Shown here one piece after another: positions 1 to 11,764 of a DNA stretch of 64,000 bases. Source of the stretch: Takakia lepidozioides (lineage: Eukaryota; Plantae; Bryophyta). Made by a program: the position numbers and the translations under genes. The first letter of the stretch is position 1; the number at the start of each line of letters is the position of its first letter. The DNA lies in contig CM060733.1 in the NCBI GenBank assembly GCA_030704615.1, forward strand, positions 29,822,001 through 29,886,000, in the 5' to 3' direction. The notes below the pieces were generated by a model. It saw only the letters and a list, made by a program, of their open reading frames with translations, did not search any database and was not told the origin of the DNA.

Positions 1-513
1 TGATCTTTATAACAATGGACAAGAGTACAAAATATTGGAACTCGACTCGGATACTGAAATGCTGGAAACTGGACCGGAATACCAGATACTGGAAACTGGA
101 CTGGAGTACTAGACTTGGAACAAGAGTAGCTTGAACTTCTGTTGGCGAGACTGAAGAGTGTCCAGTCTCGCCTCCTATATATACTGGCTACTAAGAAGCT
201 TCCCCAAGAAGCTACCCCTTGGAGGTTTCTTGCTGGAGAAGTTTCCAAGATTAAACAAAAGTTTCTTGATGGAGAAGTTTCCTTAAGCAAATGAGGTATC
301 TTGATGGAGAAGTTTCTTCCAAATGAAGCTTCCTGAGTAGTTTTCCAAGTTATTATTGGTAATTTGGTAAACTACCGGTAACTTAATAAGTGATGATAAA
401 TCATGATAGATCATGGTAAATCACGGTAAGTCATGGTAACTTTCGATAACATGATAACTTAATAACTTCTGGTATTTACTCCTGGTAAGTTCATCTGGGC
501 TATGTCCATGACA
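1..513 (-). repeat. 3' LTR of the chromovirus (partial)
   Basis: Matches 4721-5202; ends ...ATGACA at 513, adjacent to the PPT. Confidence 0.92.
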
Positions 514-1134
514 TCACCCCCTCCTCTAGCGCCGAGTTCTTCGAGGAGCGATAAAATCTTGAACTTGCTTAGAGTTGGAGAAAATCCAAAATCCGACGAA
601 TGGTACTTGCCAAGTATTCGGCTCTTCGTTCTCGACTCAAATGATTTATAGGTCCCTGTAACCATCGATAGTGTCCAATACCTTGAACTGGGGACCACGC
701 AATAATTTGAGCATTCTGATTTTCGAAGCTGCCTTCAAACATAATTTCGTTGCCCTCTGGGTCCGAAGCCTCAATCTCCAACAAAATTATCAGACTTCAA
801 GAAGGCTCCACTTGCCGTCATACGGGGTCCAGACGATGAAGTACGCGTCGCATTGGTGGCCCATCGTCTCGAGAGCGTCGGCGTGATGTTGAAGGTCGTG
901 AGAGTCAGAACGGCTGATATGGTAGTTGGATAAGCGACAACTCCAATGTATCTGGTTCTTGTGACTCCATGCTGCCAATACAAGATGCAAAAGTGCTGGA
1001 AGTGTAGCTATATATACTGATGTGTGGTGTTCCTCCCTCCTTAGCGTGTATCAGGTACATTGAATGTGGAGTCTTCTCCTTGAAGTTAGCTTGGCTGACA
1101 TCATCGTTGTGACGTCTCATTGACATGTAGCTCG

Positions 1135-4100
1135 GGCTTAGCTGGATATCGTTGATGAAACTCTTGGACTTTGTCAGAGGCATTGACGAGGATGGATGAA
1201 GGTTCCCACGTTCGTTCGCTGATGTCGTAGCCTTTCCAAGAGTCTTACAGTTTCCTCGCCGGTAACCGTCTTATAACAGGGAATGAAATGTGTCATCTTC
1301 GTAAAACGATCTACAATAACAATGATTGAATCGGTGGTCTTAGAAATTGGAAGGTCCGTAATAAAGTCCATAGATACATGACCATGGACCCTTGGGAATG
1401 GGTAATGGTTGAAGAAGGCCGTAAGGTCGATGTCGTGGTCCCTTCGCTCTACACGTGTCGCAAGATTTTATAAATTCTTTCACGAGTTTCCACATCTGCG
1501 GCCACCAATAATCCCTGGATATCAACTCCAATGTTTTGTTGAAACCGAAATGTCCTGCAGCCGGAAGATCATGACATGTTTGAAGAATTCGAAGTCATGT
1601 AGGTCCTAGAGGTACATACAGAAGTCCTTTGAAGTAAAGTAAGTCATCTTTGAATTCGAAGTCGTTTGTAACATGTGGGTTGTCTTGAGGTTGATTTAGT
1701 TGACTTCGTAGTGTCGTAGCAAAATGGTCGCTCTTCAGTGCTTCCTGAATCTCTTTTATGATCTCTGCATCGTCATAGGTGGACATGGATAGCATATTCA
1801 ATTGGAGATTTGCTGGTTTCAGGATGATGGATTTTTGTTGGTCAAAAGCTCCATCCCCTTCTTTTGGCGCAAGATATAAGAGAGAGCATCTGGTTTCCTT
1901 GAAGATGTCCGGGACGGTAGGTAATAACAAAATCAAACCTTGCGAGTGACATACTCCATCTCGCTTGACGTCGATTCAAAACACAAGCATTCATAAAATA
2001 TTCGAGATTTTTGTGATCGGTATAGACAGTGACATGATGTTTAGCTCCCTCCAATAGATATCGCCACTCCTCAAAAGCATCGATAATCGCTAGAGTTCTT
2101 TGTCATGGATTTCATAATTGATCTCCGCAGCGGAAAATTTGCGAGAACGAAAACCAACAGGGTGGAGTCAGCCATCTGTACCGTATTGAGAGAGTACCGC
2201 GCCAAGCGCAAAGTCCGATGCATCTGCTTCTAAGAAGAATGGTTAGATGGGTCTGCATGTACCAGTATGGGAGCCGTTGTAAATGTCTGCTTCAGCCTTT
2301 CAAATGCCTGGTCAGCCTTCTCGTCCCATACAAATTTGTCCTTCCATGTGAGTCGTGTCAATGGTGCAGCAATTTTGGAGTAGTCATTGATGAAGATTCT
2401 ATAGAAATTTGCAAAGCCCAGAAAACATTGTACATCTCGGACCGAAGTTGGTTTAATCCACTCGATGATGGTTTGTATTTTCTTCTGATCCATAAAGACG
2501 CATTTGTCGGAAATAATATAGCCCAGAAATTCGACCTCAGATTGATGGAAAAGACATTTCTCCAACTTGGCATATAGTCATTTTTCTCTTAATTTATCAA
2601 GGACAAGGCATACATGGCGGCCATGTTCTTCTTCATTTTGTGAAAATATCAAAATGTCGTCCAAATAGATGACTACAAAGTCATCTAAAAATTCTCAAAA
2701 GATGTCATTCATCATATGTTGGAAAATTGCTGGAGCATTTGTAAGACCAAAAGGCATAACACTGTATTCAAAATGTCCATAACTTATTCGAAAAGTTGTT
2801 TTCCATTCGTCTCATTCTTTTATCCGTAAAAGGTTATAAGCTCCTCGCAAGTCGATTTTGGTAAAAATCTTCGCTCTTCCCAGCTGGTCGAAAAGCCCAG
2901 AAATCAGCGGCAACGGATAACGATTCTTGATTGTGACTTTGTTGAGACCGCGATAGTCGACACACATGCGTAATGATCTGTCCTTCTTTTTCACAAACAA
3001 GATAGGCGCCCCCGCAGGAAATTTTGAATGTCGGATGAAGTGCTTCGACAAATTTTCATCAATGTATTCACGTAATGCAACCAACTCCGTCTGGGATAAG
3101 TTATAGATTGGGCCGAATGGTAGTTGGGCTCATTCTTGTAACTCAATTGCACAGTCATAAGGTCGATGTTTTGGCAATATGTCTGCATTTTTCTTCTCGA
3201 AGACATCTTTGAAATCTTGATATTGAGCGGGTAATGTTGAAGTACATTTGTCTGTTGTCTTTGATCGGAGTCGCATAAAGTGCAAATGTCGCCTTCTTTT
3301 TGGTAGCTCTCATGAAAGCTCTAGCTCCAAGGAATAGGGGTTGAGTACCTTTGATATTTCTACATTTTTGTCTTGCAAAAATTTTTCGCGATCGCCAGTC
3401 GATGTTGGGATTGTGAAGTACGAACCAGGGAAGTCCAAGGATCACAGGATTCGTTGGAGACTGGATGACATTGAAAACAATATGTGATGCTTGATCTTTA
3501 AGCTTCACTTCAAGTGGTCGAGTTTCATGGTCCACATTTCTTGATGCTAATGGTCGTCCATCGATAACTTCAACGGGGACCGAGAATTTCTTCTTTACGA
3601 GCGTTAAATTGTTTTGCTTTGCAAAGTTTTTTGTCCATAAAACAAGCTGAAGCTCCTGAGTCCAAAAGTGCTTCTACAGTGATATCTCGATTTTGCACTC
3701 TGATTTTTACCGGAACTGTGAAGCAAGGTGCAAGGTCTGGAGGTAGAAAAAGTCTGATGGATCGTTGTGTTTGGTGTCGTAGTAGCAGTGGCATGATGCG
3801 TCGTAGACGCATCATGTTGACGTCTTTCGAACAAACGATTATCGCATGCAATGACTTAGGTGATGAATTTGTTCAGTGTGCTCACGTTTGACATTGTCAG
3901 CAACAAATCTTTTACATCATCTTTTAGTCCACATCGAAACTGACTAATGAGGCTCTTCTCATTCCAGTCGAGGTCGCATGCAAGTTGTCAAAATTCGGCA
4001 GCATAAACGGAAGCAGGACGTGCTCCTTGTCGAAGATTTTGCATCTTTATTTCTGCAACTTTCTCTCTATCATTTTCTCCAAACGTTGCAGTGAACTCGG

Positions 4101-4566
4101 ACATGAATGTTTCAAAATTGTATAATAAATGCGAATTTTTTTCTAATAGCGGTGCAAACCAAGATAGGGCAGTGCCTGACAGAAGGGTGCCCACGAATCC
4201 TACTTGAATACCTTCATCGGGATAACGTTGTGGATGTAGTCGTAGGAACAGTCGTACTTGTTGAACAAAACCGCAAAATCTTGATCTCGTCCCATCAAAT
4301 TTCTTGGGCATGCTAATCTTTGGTTCTCTCGTAATCTATTGAAGAGGAACCGTTGCAGTAGGAGCTGTTGCAGTAGGGACTCGTATGGTTGAAGATCCAT
4401 TGTTCGACTCCTTTAACTGTGAAATTTGTTGTTGCAAATTGTGGAGAGCGTTGCCAAGATCTTAAGACTGATCAGCTTGCAATTGGGCGGTAGATGTACG
4501 AAGTTCTTGCATCTGGAGCTGAAGACTCTGCAATGTGATGACCATTTCCGCAAATGTGCCTTCCAT
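1135..4566 (-). pseudogene. gag-pol of the chromovirus, frameshifted; integrase core deleted and joined to the C-terminal half of the chromodomain
   Basis: ORF pieces 3988-4311 (gag), 3570-3851 (protease), 2812-3084 and 2230-2565 (RT), 1842-2054 (RNase H), 1340-1531 and 1174-1371 (integrase). Reading WKGYDISERTWEPSSILVNASDKVQEFHQRYP across about 1240-1140. Confidence 0.9.
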
Positions 4567-4591
4567 CTTAACTAACTAAAGAATAAACTTT

Positions 4592-4602
4592 AGTCTCGCC
4601 AA
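4592..4602 (-). promoter_or_regulatory. Non-tRNA primer-binding site (Tf1-type self-priming)
   Basis: TTGGCGAGACT lies 2 nt after the 5' LTR and is complementary to AGTCTCGCCAA (4877-4867, minus), which starts 31 nt downstream of the TATA box. Confidence 0.75.
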
Positions 4603-4604
4603 AC

Positions 4605-5202
4605 TATCAAGGACGAGAACATGACTGAACACAAACAAGAGATCGGACTAGATGTACAAGACTAGACAAGAAATCAAGGTCGGCGTGGCCGAATGCATGG
4701 TAGGTGAACATGAATCAAGATGATCTTTATAACAATGGACAAGAGTACAAAATACTGGAACTCGACTCGGATACTGAAATGCTGGAAACTGGACTGGAAT
4801 ACCAGATATTGGAAACTGGACTGGACTGGAGTACTGGACTTAGAACAAGAGTAGTTTGAACTTGTGTTGGCGAGACTGAAGAGTGTCCAGTCTCGCCTCC
4901 TATATATACTGGCTACTAAGAAGCTTCCCCAAGAAGTTTCCCCAAGAAGCTTCCCCTTGGAGGTTTCTTGCTGGAGAAGTTTCCAAGATTAAACAAAGGT
5001 TTCTTGATAGAGAAGTTTCCTTGAACAAATGAGGTATCTTGATGGAGAAGTTTCCTCCAAATGAAGCTTCATAAGTAAGTAATAATAAATCATAGTAGAT
5101 CATAATAAATCACGGTAAGTCATGATAACTTTCGGTAACATGGTAACTTGGTAACTTCTGGTATTTACTCCTAGTAAGTTCCTCTGGGCTATGTCCGTGA
5201 CA
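4605..5202 (-). repeat. 5' LTR of the chromovirus (598 bp)
   Basis: Termini TATCA (mutated TGTCA) and TGACA; TATA box at 4901-4908 on the minus strand. Confidence 0.9.
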
Positions 5203-5564
5203 GAACCCCTCATTCCCATGTCGGACATACAAAAGATTCAAACGCATTATGTCATTGTCCTTCAAATAATCCAGCACTACTTGCTTCACCACCTTCGCAG
5301 CCTCTACGCTTGGATAGTTTTTTTTGTTGACCTGACTATCCCGTTCATGTGCATGTTTACGCTTCCTACCTTTACGCCCACTTCTCGATGAACCCCCTGA
5401 CATTGCGTTCGAAGCAATGTTTCCGGACATGATGAAAATACTCTACGGAATAGACCCAGACTATTGATAATCTTATATACTAGCGGACCAATTTCCTCAC
5501 CATCTATTGGTATAGTACCCAAAGCAAACTGCCCATTCGCGCCTTGCCACGTGTCCAGGTAGCG

Positions 5565-5790
5565 GTCGCACCTATGGGTGGTCGCAACTAATAACAAAAC
5601 AAAAAAACTGCTGCAACCACCCCCTACTGGTGGTCGCACTTTTCTAAAAACAAAAAGAAAATGTGCGATCCCCCCTAAGCGGTCGCACCTAATAACAAAA
5701 AAAAAAATTCTTCAACCACCACCGGCTGGTGGTCGCACCTATTTAAAAAAAACAATTGTGCGACCACCATTAGCAGTGGTCGCAACTGTT
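5565..5790. repeat. Palindromic array (TGCGACCACC-n-GGTGGTCGCA plus A/T spacer), left part
   Basis: About 5 units at roughly 50 bp spacing; continues at 17007 after the Gypsy insertion. Confidence 0.85.
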
Positions 5791-5798
5791 AAAAAACA

Positions 5799-6125
5799 TG
5801 TCAAATTAATTTACCACTAGTATGAAACTAGCTAGGAAATAGCTAGCTTTTACATATTAATATTTGGGATTGGCCCAAGTGTCAATCCAGGGGTCAAGGC
5901 AGATTTAGGCCCTGGAGTGGTTATCTTCACGGCAAGCGCGGGAGGCTCATCTTTCTCGAGTTGAGCCTCACCGCGCCTAGCTATGGCGCCGTAATGTGGA
6001 TTTCCCATGGCGTGGGGTGCACTTGGCTTGACTTGTATTTGAGTGATGAGGTTATATATGCATGAGTTTATGCTTCAGCTTTGTGAGCTCGCATGAGCTT
6101 GTGCTTGTATTCTTCTTCTTTATCA
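5799..6125 (+). repeat. Repeat A1
   Basis: Near-identical to 16502-16828. Confidence 0.93.
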
Positions 6126-6137
6126 CTCGAGAAAGAT
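6125..6137 (+). promoter_or_regulatory. Putative self-complementary primer-binding site
   Basis: ACTCGAGAAAGAT is the exact reverse complement of 5949-5961; no TGG tRNA-type PBS is present. Confidence 0.6.
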
Positions 6138-7649
6138 AAGCTCGTATCTGTGAGTGCCAGATACGAGTTAGTTGTAGCACTTGTGGTTTTTGCTTGAGAA
6201 TGAGAGAAACCAAGTTGTTATGCAAGGAGCACCGTGGAGCTCTTGGTTGTTAGAAGCGGAGGCGATGTGGGTTACGAGGTGGTAGACCTTGGCATTCGAT
6301 CTTCAGCTTCAGAGATGAAAGCACCATGCTGCAGGTAATTCCAGAGCACCTTGATGGTTTCAGATTGTGTACATGCATGAGCAAGCACGATTGGGAAGAG
6401 GACCAGTCAAGAGCAGGTTATAGTGGCTTTGGTGGCAAAGCTGAGAACTGGACTTGGGAATGCGAGCTTTCATTGTGTGAAGGATTGCAAGACCAACGAA
6501 AGGGCTGATTTGGCTTGGGGCAAATCAGTGCACTTTGTGGAGTATGGTGAGATTGGGTTTCAATCTCGAGCTTCAGCATTGAGAGGGCTCTTGTCATGGC
6601 AAGAGCAGGGCTGGAACAGGAGCTAAGAGGTGCGGCAAGGCCATGGAATGTGCACCTAGGGTTTCAGAGCTTGGAAGAAGAGCTCTTGCACCACAAGAGA
6701 AGTGTCTTGTGGCTGGAAATGTAAGCCTTAGGGTTTCAGGAGCTTGGCAAAGGCTGTGGAGTGCTTAGTCTTGTCTTAGAGAGCATCAAGGAGCCAAGGA
6801 GCCAAGATAGGGGGCTGATATCTCTTGTGTGAAGAGGTTGCATGTGTGGAGCATGTATTCAGCTCATTGAAGCTTCCATCTTCAAGCTTGGAGGGCAAGC
6901 AAGGAAGAGGGAAGGGCTGACTTCCCTTATGTGAGGGCAATGCATGTGTGGAGCATGCTATCAGCCTGGTGAAGGCTTGCACTTTCAGGTGTGTGAGTGC
7001 AAGAAAGGAAGGAAGGGGCTGGTTTCCCTGTAGGGCATGTGGAGCATGCTTTCAGCCTGCTGAAGCTTGTATTTTCAGGTTTGTGGGTGCAAGAAATGAA
7101 GCAAAGGAGCTGATTCTCTTATGGTGAGAGTGGGGCATGTGTGGAGCATGCCTTCAGCCCATTGAGGCTCTTGTTTCAAGCTTTAGAGAGCTAGAACGGA
7201 AGGTCTAGGGCTGGTTTCCACTTGGAGTGAAAGAAAGCACTTGTAGGGCCTATGTGAGTTGGGGTTTCAACTTCAAGCTTGAAGGGAGCGCAACTCTTGA
7301 AGCAGGTGTAGGGGCTGGAATAGGCTCTAAGACAGATGCTATGGCCAAGGAAGTGCTTGAATGAGTGCTCACAAGGGCTGGGAACCAGCAGGGCTTGGTT
7401 GTTTGCCATTGAGTTTAGTGGCGTGTTTGGGGAGGCTAAGTGAGAAAGAAGGCTTGGTTTGTGGCAACCACCTCATGGCTTAGGGCTACTATGGTGGTGT
7501 GTGGGAGCCGAAAGAGCAAGAATACCTTGCTGATTTCCTCACAGCCGCCATAGCTCGGTGGAAAGAAGCCTAGAGTCCAAGAGACACAAACCCTAGCTTG
7601 GCGTGGCTAAACCCTTGGAGAAATGGCTAAACTGCTAGAGCGGCCATGG

Positions 7650-8310
7650 ATGGGGCTGTGACGGGCTGTGAGGGGCTGTGCCGGTGGCCTGGGCTGTGAC
7701 GGGCTGTGAGGGCTGTGACGGCTGTGGCCTGGGGGCTGTGATGGGCTGTGCCGTGGCCTTTTGGGGCTGTGACAGGTTGTGCCCGTGGCCTGGGCTGTGA
7801 GGGCTGTGACAGGCCGTGCCAGGCCTTTGGGGCTGTGATGGGCTGTGAGGGCTGTGGCCCTGAGGCCTTTGGGGCTGTGAGGAGCTGTGACGGGCTGTGA
7901 GGGGCTGTGACAGGCCGTGCCTGAGGCCTTTGGGGCTGTGACGGCTGTGAGGGCCTGTGAGGGTACCTGTGAGGGCCGGGCTGTGGCCTTGTGATGGGCT
8001 GTGGACAGGCCTGGCCTTTGGGCTGGGGCTGTGAGGGCTGTGACAGGGCCTGCCTTTGGGCTGTGACTGGAGGGGCTGTGACAGGGTGCCTGTGGCCTGT
8101 GGGGCTGTGACGGGCTGTGGGGCTGTGACAGGCTGTGACGGCAGGCTGTGTGTGACGGGCCTGTGACAGGCTGTGACAGGCTGTGCCCAGTGGCCTGTGG
8201 GACTGTGACGGCTGTGACAGTGAGCTGTGTGGCCTGTGCTGGTCTGTGGTGGCCCGTGTTGACCTGTGGACGGCCTGTGCTGACTCGTGGAGGCACTGGT
8301 GACTGCCTAA
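7650..8310 (+). repeat. G-rich minisatellite (GGGCTGTGAC/G, about 10-bp unit) in the 5' internal region
   Basis: Dozens of GGCTGTGA motifs visible. Confidence 0.9.
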
Positions 8311-9152
8311 GGACTGGCATGTGGTCTTGAAGGCCGAATTTTGAAGCTCGTGGAGGGCGGTTTGAGGAGTATCTTCATGATATTCCCATGGTCATGCAAG
8401 TGAGGGAAGAGAGGAGAGGAAGTGTTGGGATGAGGGCATGCTGGGGTTAGGCATTGCTTTAGCTTCTCTTCCTCGTAGTTTCCACCCTCTCATTAGGCCA
8501 AGACCTTTCCGTAGGTGGAGGCAAGAGTCAGTCCGGGTTTGGGCTGGGGTGTCCTTGCAGAGCAACACCGTGGAGTTGTTTTTGGTGTGGGGGGTTGTCG
8601 TTCTGATTTCTTGTGTTTGGATCCCCTCCATACCTGCATGCTTGACTGTGCGCCATGCTAGTTTTGTGTGGGCGCTTGTTTTATAGGTGATTGGTCCGGA
8701 TTTGATCACCGGCCAGTCCTAGAGCATGCTGTCGATGGTGAGGCTGGGGTGATGACCAGCCAGACCATCATTGTTTCTCCTGTGGTGAGGTTGGAGGTGA
8801 TGACCAGCCAACCATAGGAGTGCTTGCGGTGGATGCAGGTACAGGTGTAGGCTATGTTAGGAACTTAGTATTCCAAACCATAAGCCGCAACAGGTTCTCT
8901 ACCCGTTACCTTGTGGAGAGGGGTTAGGGACATGTTCATGACCGGTTGAGTGTCAACACGGAGGTGCCACTAGTTGCTGGGGACAGTGCCGGTTCGAGCA
9001 CTAGCGATACTAGTGGGTACACGAGACGAGGTGTGCGTTTTTAGGCCACCTTCACCTCCTGTGTCTTCTACGGAAGGTTCTGATTCGATTGTGAATCAGG
9101 AGGACTCATACCGGCGGTGCAAGTTGTTTCTTTGCCATTGTTGTGGGACACA

Positions 9153-10440
9153 ATGGAGGAGATGTATGGAGCTACCAAGGGGCCACGAAGGTACTCTGGG
9201 CGGTGGGCACCATCGAGTTGGATGATTTTATCCAAGAGTTTGATAGTTGGTGTGATTTGCAGCAAATGCGCAATCCACAACTATTTACGCCTTTCATGGC
9301 ATGGAAGGGGCTGTTTCAGCACCTTGAGGGGCCGCCTATGGATGATTACCATGAGTTTCAGGCGGGGGCATGAGGTTGAGATCGAGGAGTGGAGGATGTA
9401 CTGGTCACCCGACTATGTCTCCATCACTAGGGGCACTAGAGCCACGAGGGCAGTGGCTACACCTGCCGCTGCACCGGCAGCTTCAGCAAGTAGCAGTGGG
9501 ACTAGGGGACTGTGGTACAGTAGCTACGACGTCCACCCAAGCCACTACCGCACCTAGCACCCGTGCCTGCCTTCAACCCTGTTGTGGAGTTCTTCGAAGA
9601 GTTGAGAGGGAACTACCAAGGGGTGAGGACAGAGAAGTTGCGGAGCTTGCAAGAGTTCCAACGGAAGCCGACCGAGAGCTTGAGGGAGGCTTTCACTCGC
9701 ATGAGGCGCTTGATAGGAATGGACAAGGAGCTGAGGAGAAGGGTGCGGGATGCAACTCTCCTACAAGCGGCCCAACCCACCTTAGCAAATGTGTTTTTGC
9801 TGGCAGAGCGGATAGAGCTCAACATGGTGGAGGAACGAGTGGTCATGGTGGGATTTGCTAAGGAGACACCACGGGGTAGTGGTGCTCCTAGCCAACCACT
9901 ACCTCAACGTGCTCAAGGCAACAAGGGGGCTCAGGTGAAGCTCAGGGAAGGGCAGAGAGGACCTCAGATGCAGGGGTCTCTCCCTTCATTTGCTGGCCAA
10001 CAACGGGCGGATGTGGTGTGCTGGACATGTGGAGGACCCCATGTCAAGAAGGATTGCCCAGAGGGAGGCAAAGGGCCGGCACATGCACAGCCTGCACAGT
10101 TGCAGTGTGGGCATTGTGGCAAGCACGGGCATGGAGAGGTATGGTTTGCATCCTGAGTTGCGCCCAGGCCAGTTCCAAGGGAACAATGGTGGCCGGGGCG
10201 GTGGAGCAGCCCAGAGAGGACGAGGTGGCCAGCCACGAGGTGCAGGCCAAGGGCAAGCTCAACATGGCCAAGGACGCGGAGGTCAGGGTGTTGACCAAGG
10301 CATGGCCAACCGGCTTCAGCAGCTAGAGCAGAGGCTCGCTGCCATGGCTACAGCTCAGGTGGTACCGGCTCTAAGGCCGGATGGTCCACCTCCTGCTCCT
10401 GAGGCATGGGATTCATGTGTGGAGCAGCACTACCACTAGT
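9153..10440 (+). pseudogene. gag with two zinc knuckles (frameshifted)
   Basis: ELDDFIQEFDSWCD, QRKPTESLREAFTRMRRL, CWTCGGPHVKKDC, CGHCGKHGH. Confidence 0.8.
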
Positions 10441-11039
10441 GCAGGTGGAGTCTGCTGCAGCCGTGACTCGAGGAGCAGCACGAGTTCCTGAGCCACGAGG
10501 TGCAGAGGTGGAGTTGGATCCACAGCGTGGGGAGGCAAGCCGTCAGGCTAGGCTTCCTCAGTCATTCACATTGGCGGAGACAGTGTCGACGCCATCCATG
10601 GCACCTAGTTCTCGCCCGACTGTTACCGAGGCGGAGGTTACTATGCCATTGGGGAGAGCTACACGGGTAGCACCACTACCTAGTGTTGCCAAGGCTACGG
10701 CAGCTAGTGTGCTGCTAGGAGCGGCCACATCTGTGTGCCAGGCTCCATTGTTCTCGGCTACCATGATTGCGACGCCGGGGTAAGACCAGCTGAGGTGTTC
10801 AGGCTGGCAGCTACACTCTGTGAGAGTGGGGAGGTTACTTCATCTTCTGCGGAGATAGTGGGAGGTGTAGTGCCGGAGGGATCCTCGGATTTGAGGGTCA
10901 AGACTGCCACGGCGGCGCCATGGCAAGCTGCAGCTGCCAGGTTGATGGAGCTGCCAGCTAGGCCAGCCATTGAGCGCGCCATGGTGACACCTGGAGTTGT
11001 CATGTTAGACAACCAGGATGGCATTTTCTGTTTGAGTGG

Positions 11040-11430
11040 ACCGGCAGGCAAGAGGTACCGGCCACTGCGGTCTTGTTGACTCGGGAGCTCAGCCATTGAT
11101 GCTGGCAGAGCTGCTATTGCAGGCTTGGGCCTCACGGAGGCGGATATGGAGCCTTGTCCTTTCCAGATACAGACGTCTCTGGGAGGATCGGAGCAGGCTC
11201 GGGGCATGACACGGCGTGAGTTGGCTATCAGACTACGGCCGGATCACCCTACAGATGGCTCAGTGATGCGAGCCAAGGCCATTGTGACAGACGCAGTCTC
11301 ATACGATGTCCTGGTTGGTGGGGCAGTGTTGTACCCATGGGCTTCACCTGGATTTTTGGGAGGAGTCAGCTTCCTATAGGCCTGCATGGCAGTCAGGGGA
11401 GGGCCGGCGTGCAGCTCCCTGTGACGTTCA
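11040..11430 (+). pseudogene. Aspartic protease domain
   Basis: D-S-G (GAC TCG GGA, 11078-11086) followed by AQPLML; YDVLVGGAVLYP downstream. Confidence 0.75.
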
Positions 11431-11764
11431 TTGGGGAGTTGCGGTTGCCAGCGGGGCAAGATGCCGACACTAGCAGCATTCACAGCGGCAGTGAGTTGGC
11501 CTAGAGAGTTGCTTGAGGCAATGCTCATTCAGAGGATGTGCCACCTCCGGAGAGCAGGATGACATGTATGGTATGGCGGAGTTGCCTACCATGGTTGCTC
11601 AGACTCCATTGTGGGGCACGAGCAAGGATTTGCAGCGGTTGCTGATTGACGGGTGCAACAAGCCTGGGTGGAGGCTTTTGTACCGTCAGGAGAGGAGGAG
11701 AGTGCGGGGATTGCACCAGGACCACCTCAATTGTCTCCATTGGACACCACACCTATTGTGTGGA

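Larger units (their letters stand above)
1..5202 (-). mobile_element. Ty3/Gypsy chromovirus (Tcn1-like) LTR retrotransposon, degenerate, with internal deletion in integrase; left LTR runs off the window
   Basis: Direct repeats 1-513 and 4721-5202. Minus-strand gag, protease (LLDSGAS), RT ([14 protein letters not shown]), RNase H, integrase HHCC and chromodomain remnant. PPT AGAGGAGGGGGTGA at 514-527 (minus). Clade assignment is an inference. Confidence 0.93.

Noticed and set aside
7607-8320. 237-aa Pro/Ser/Thr/His-rich ORF
   Set aside because: Antisense translation of the minisatellite.
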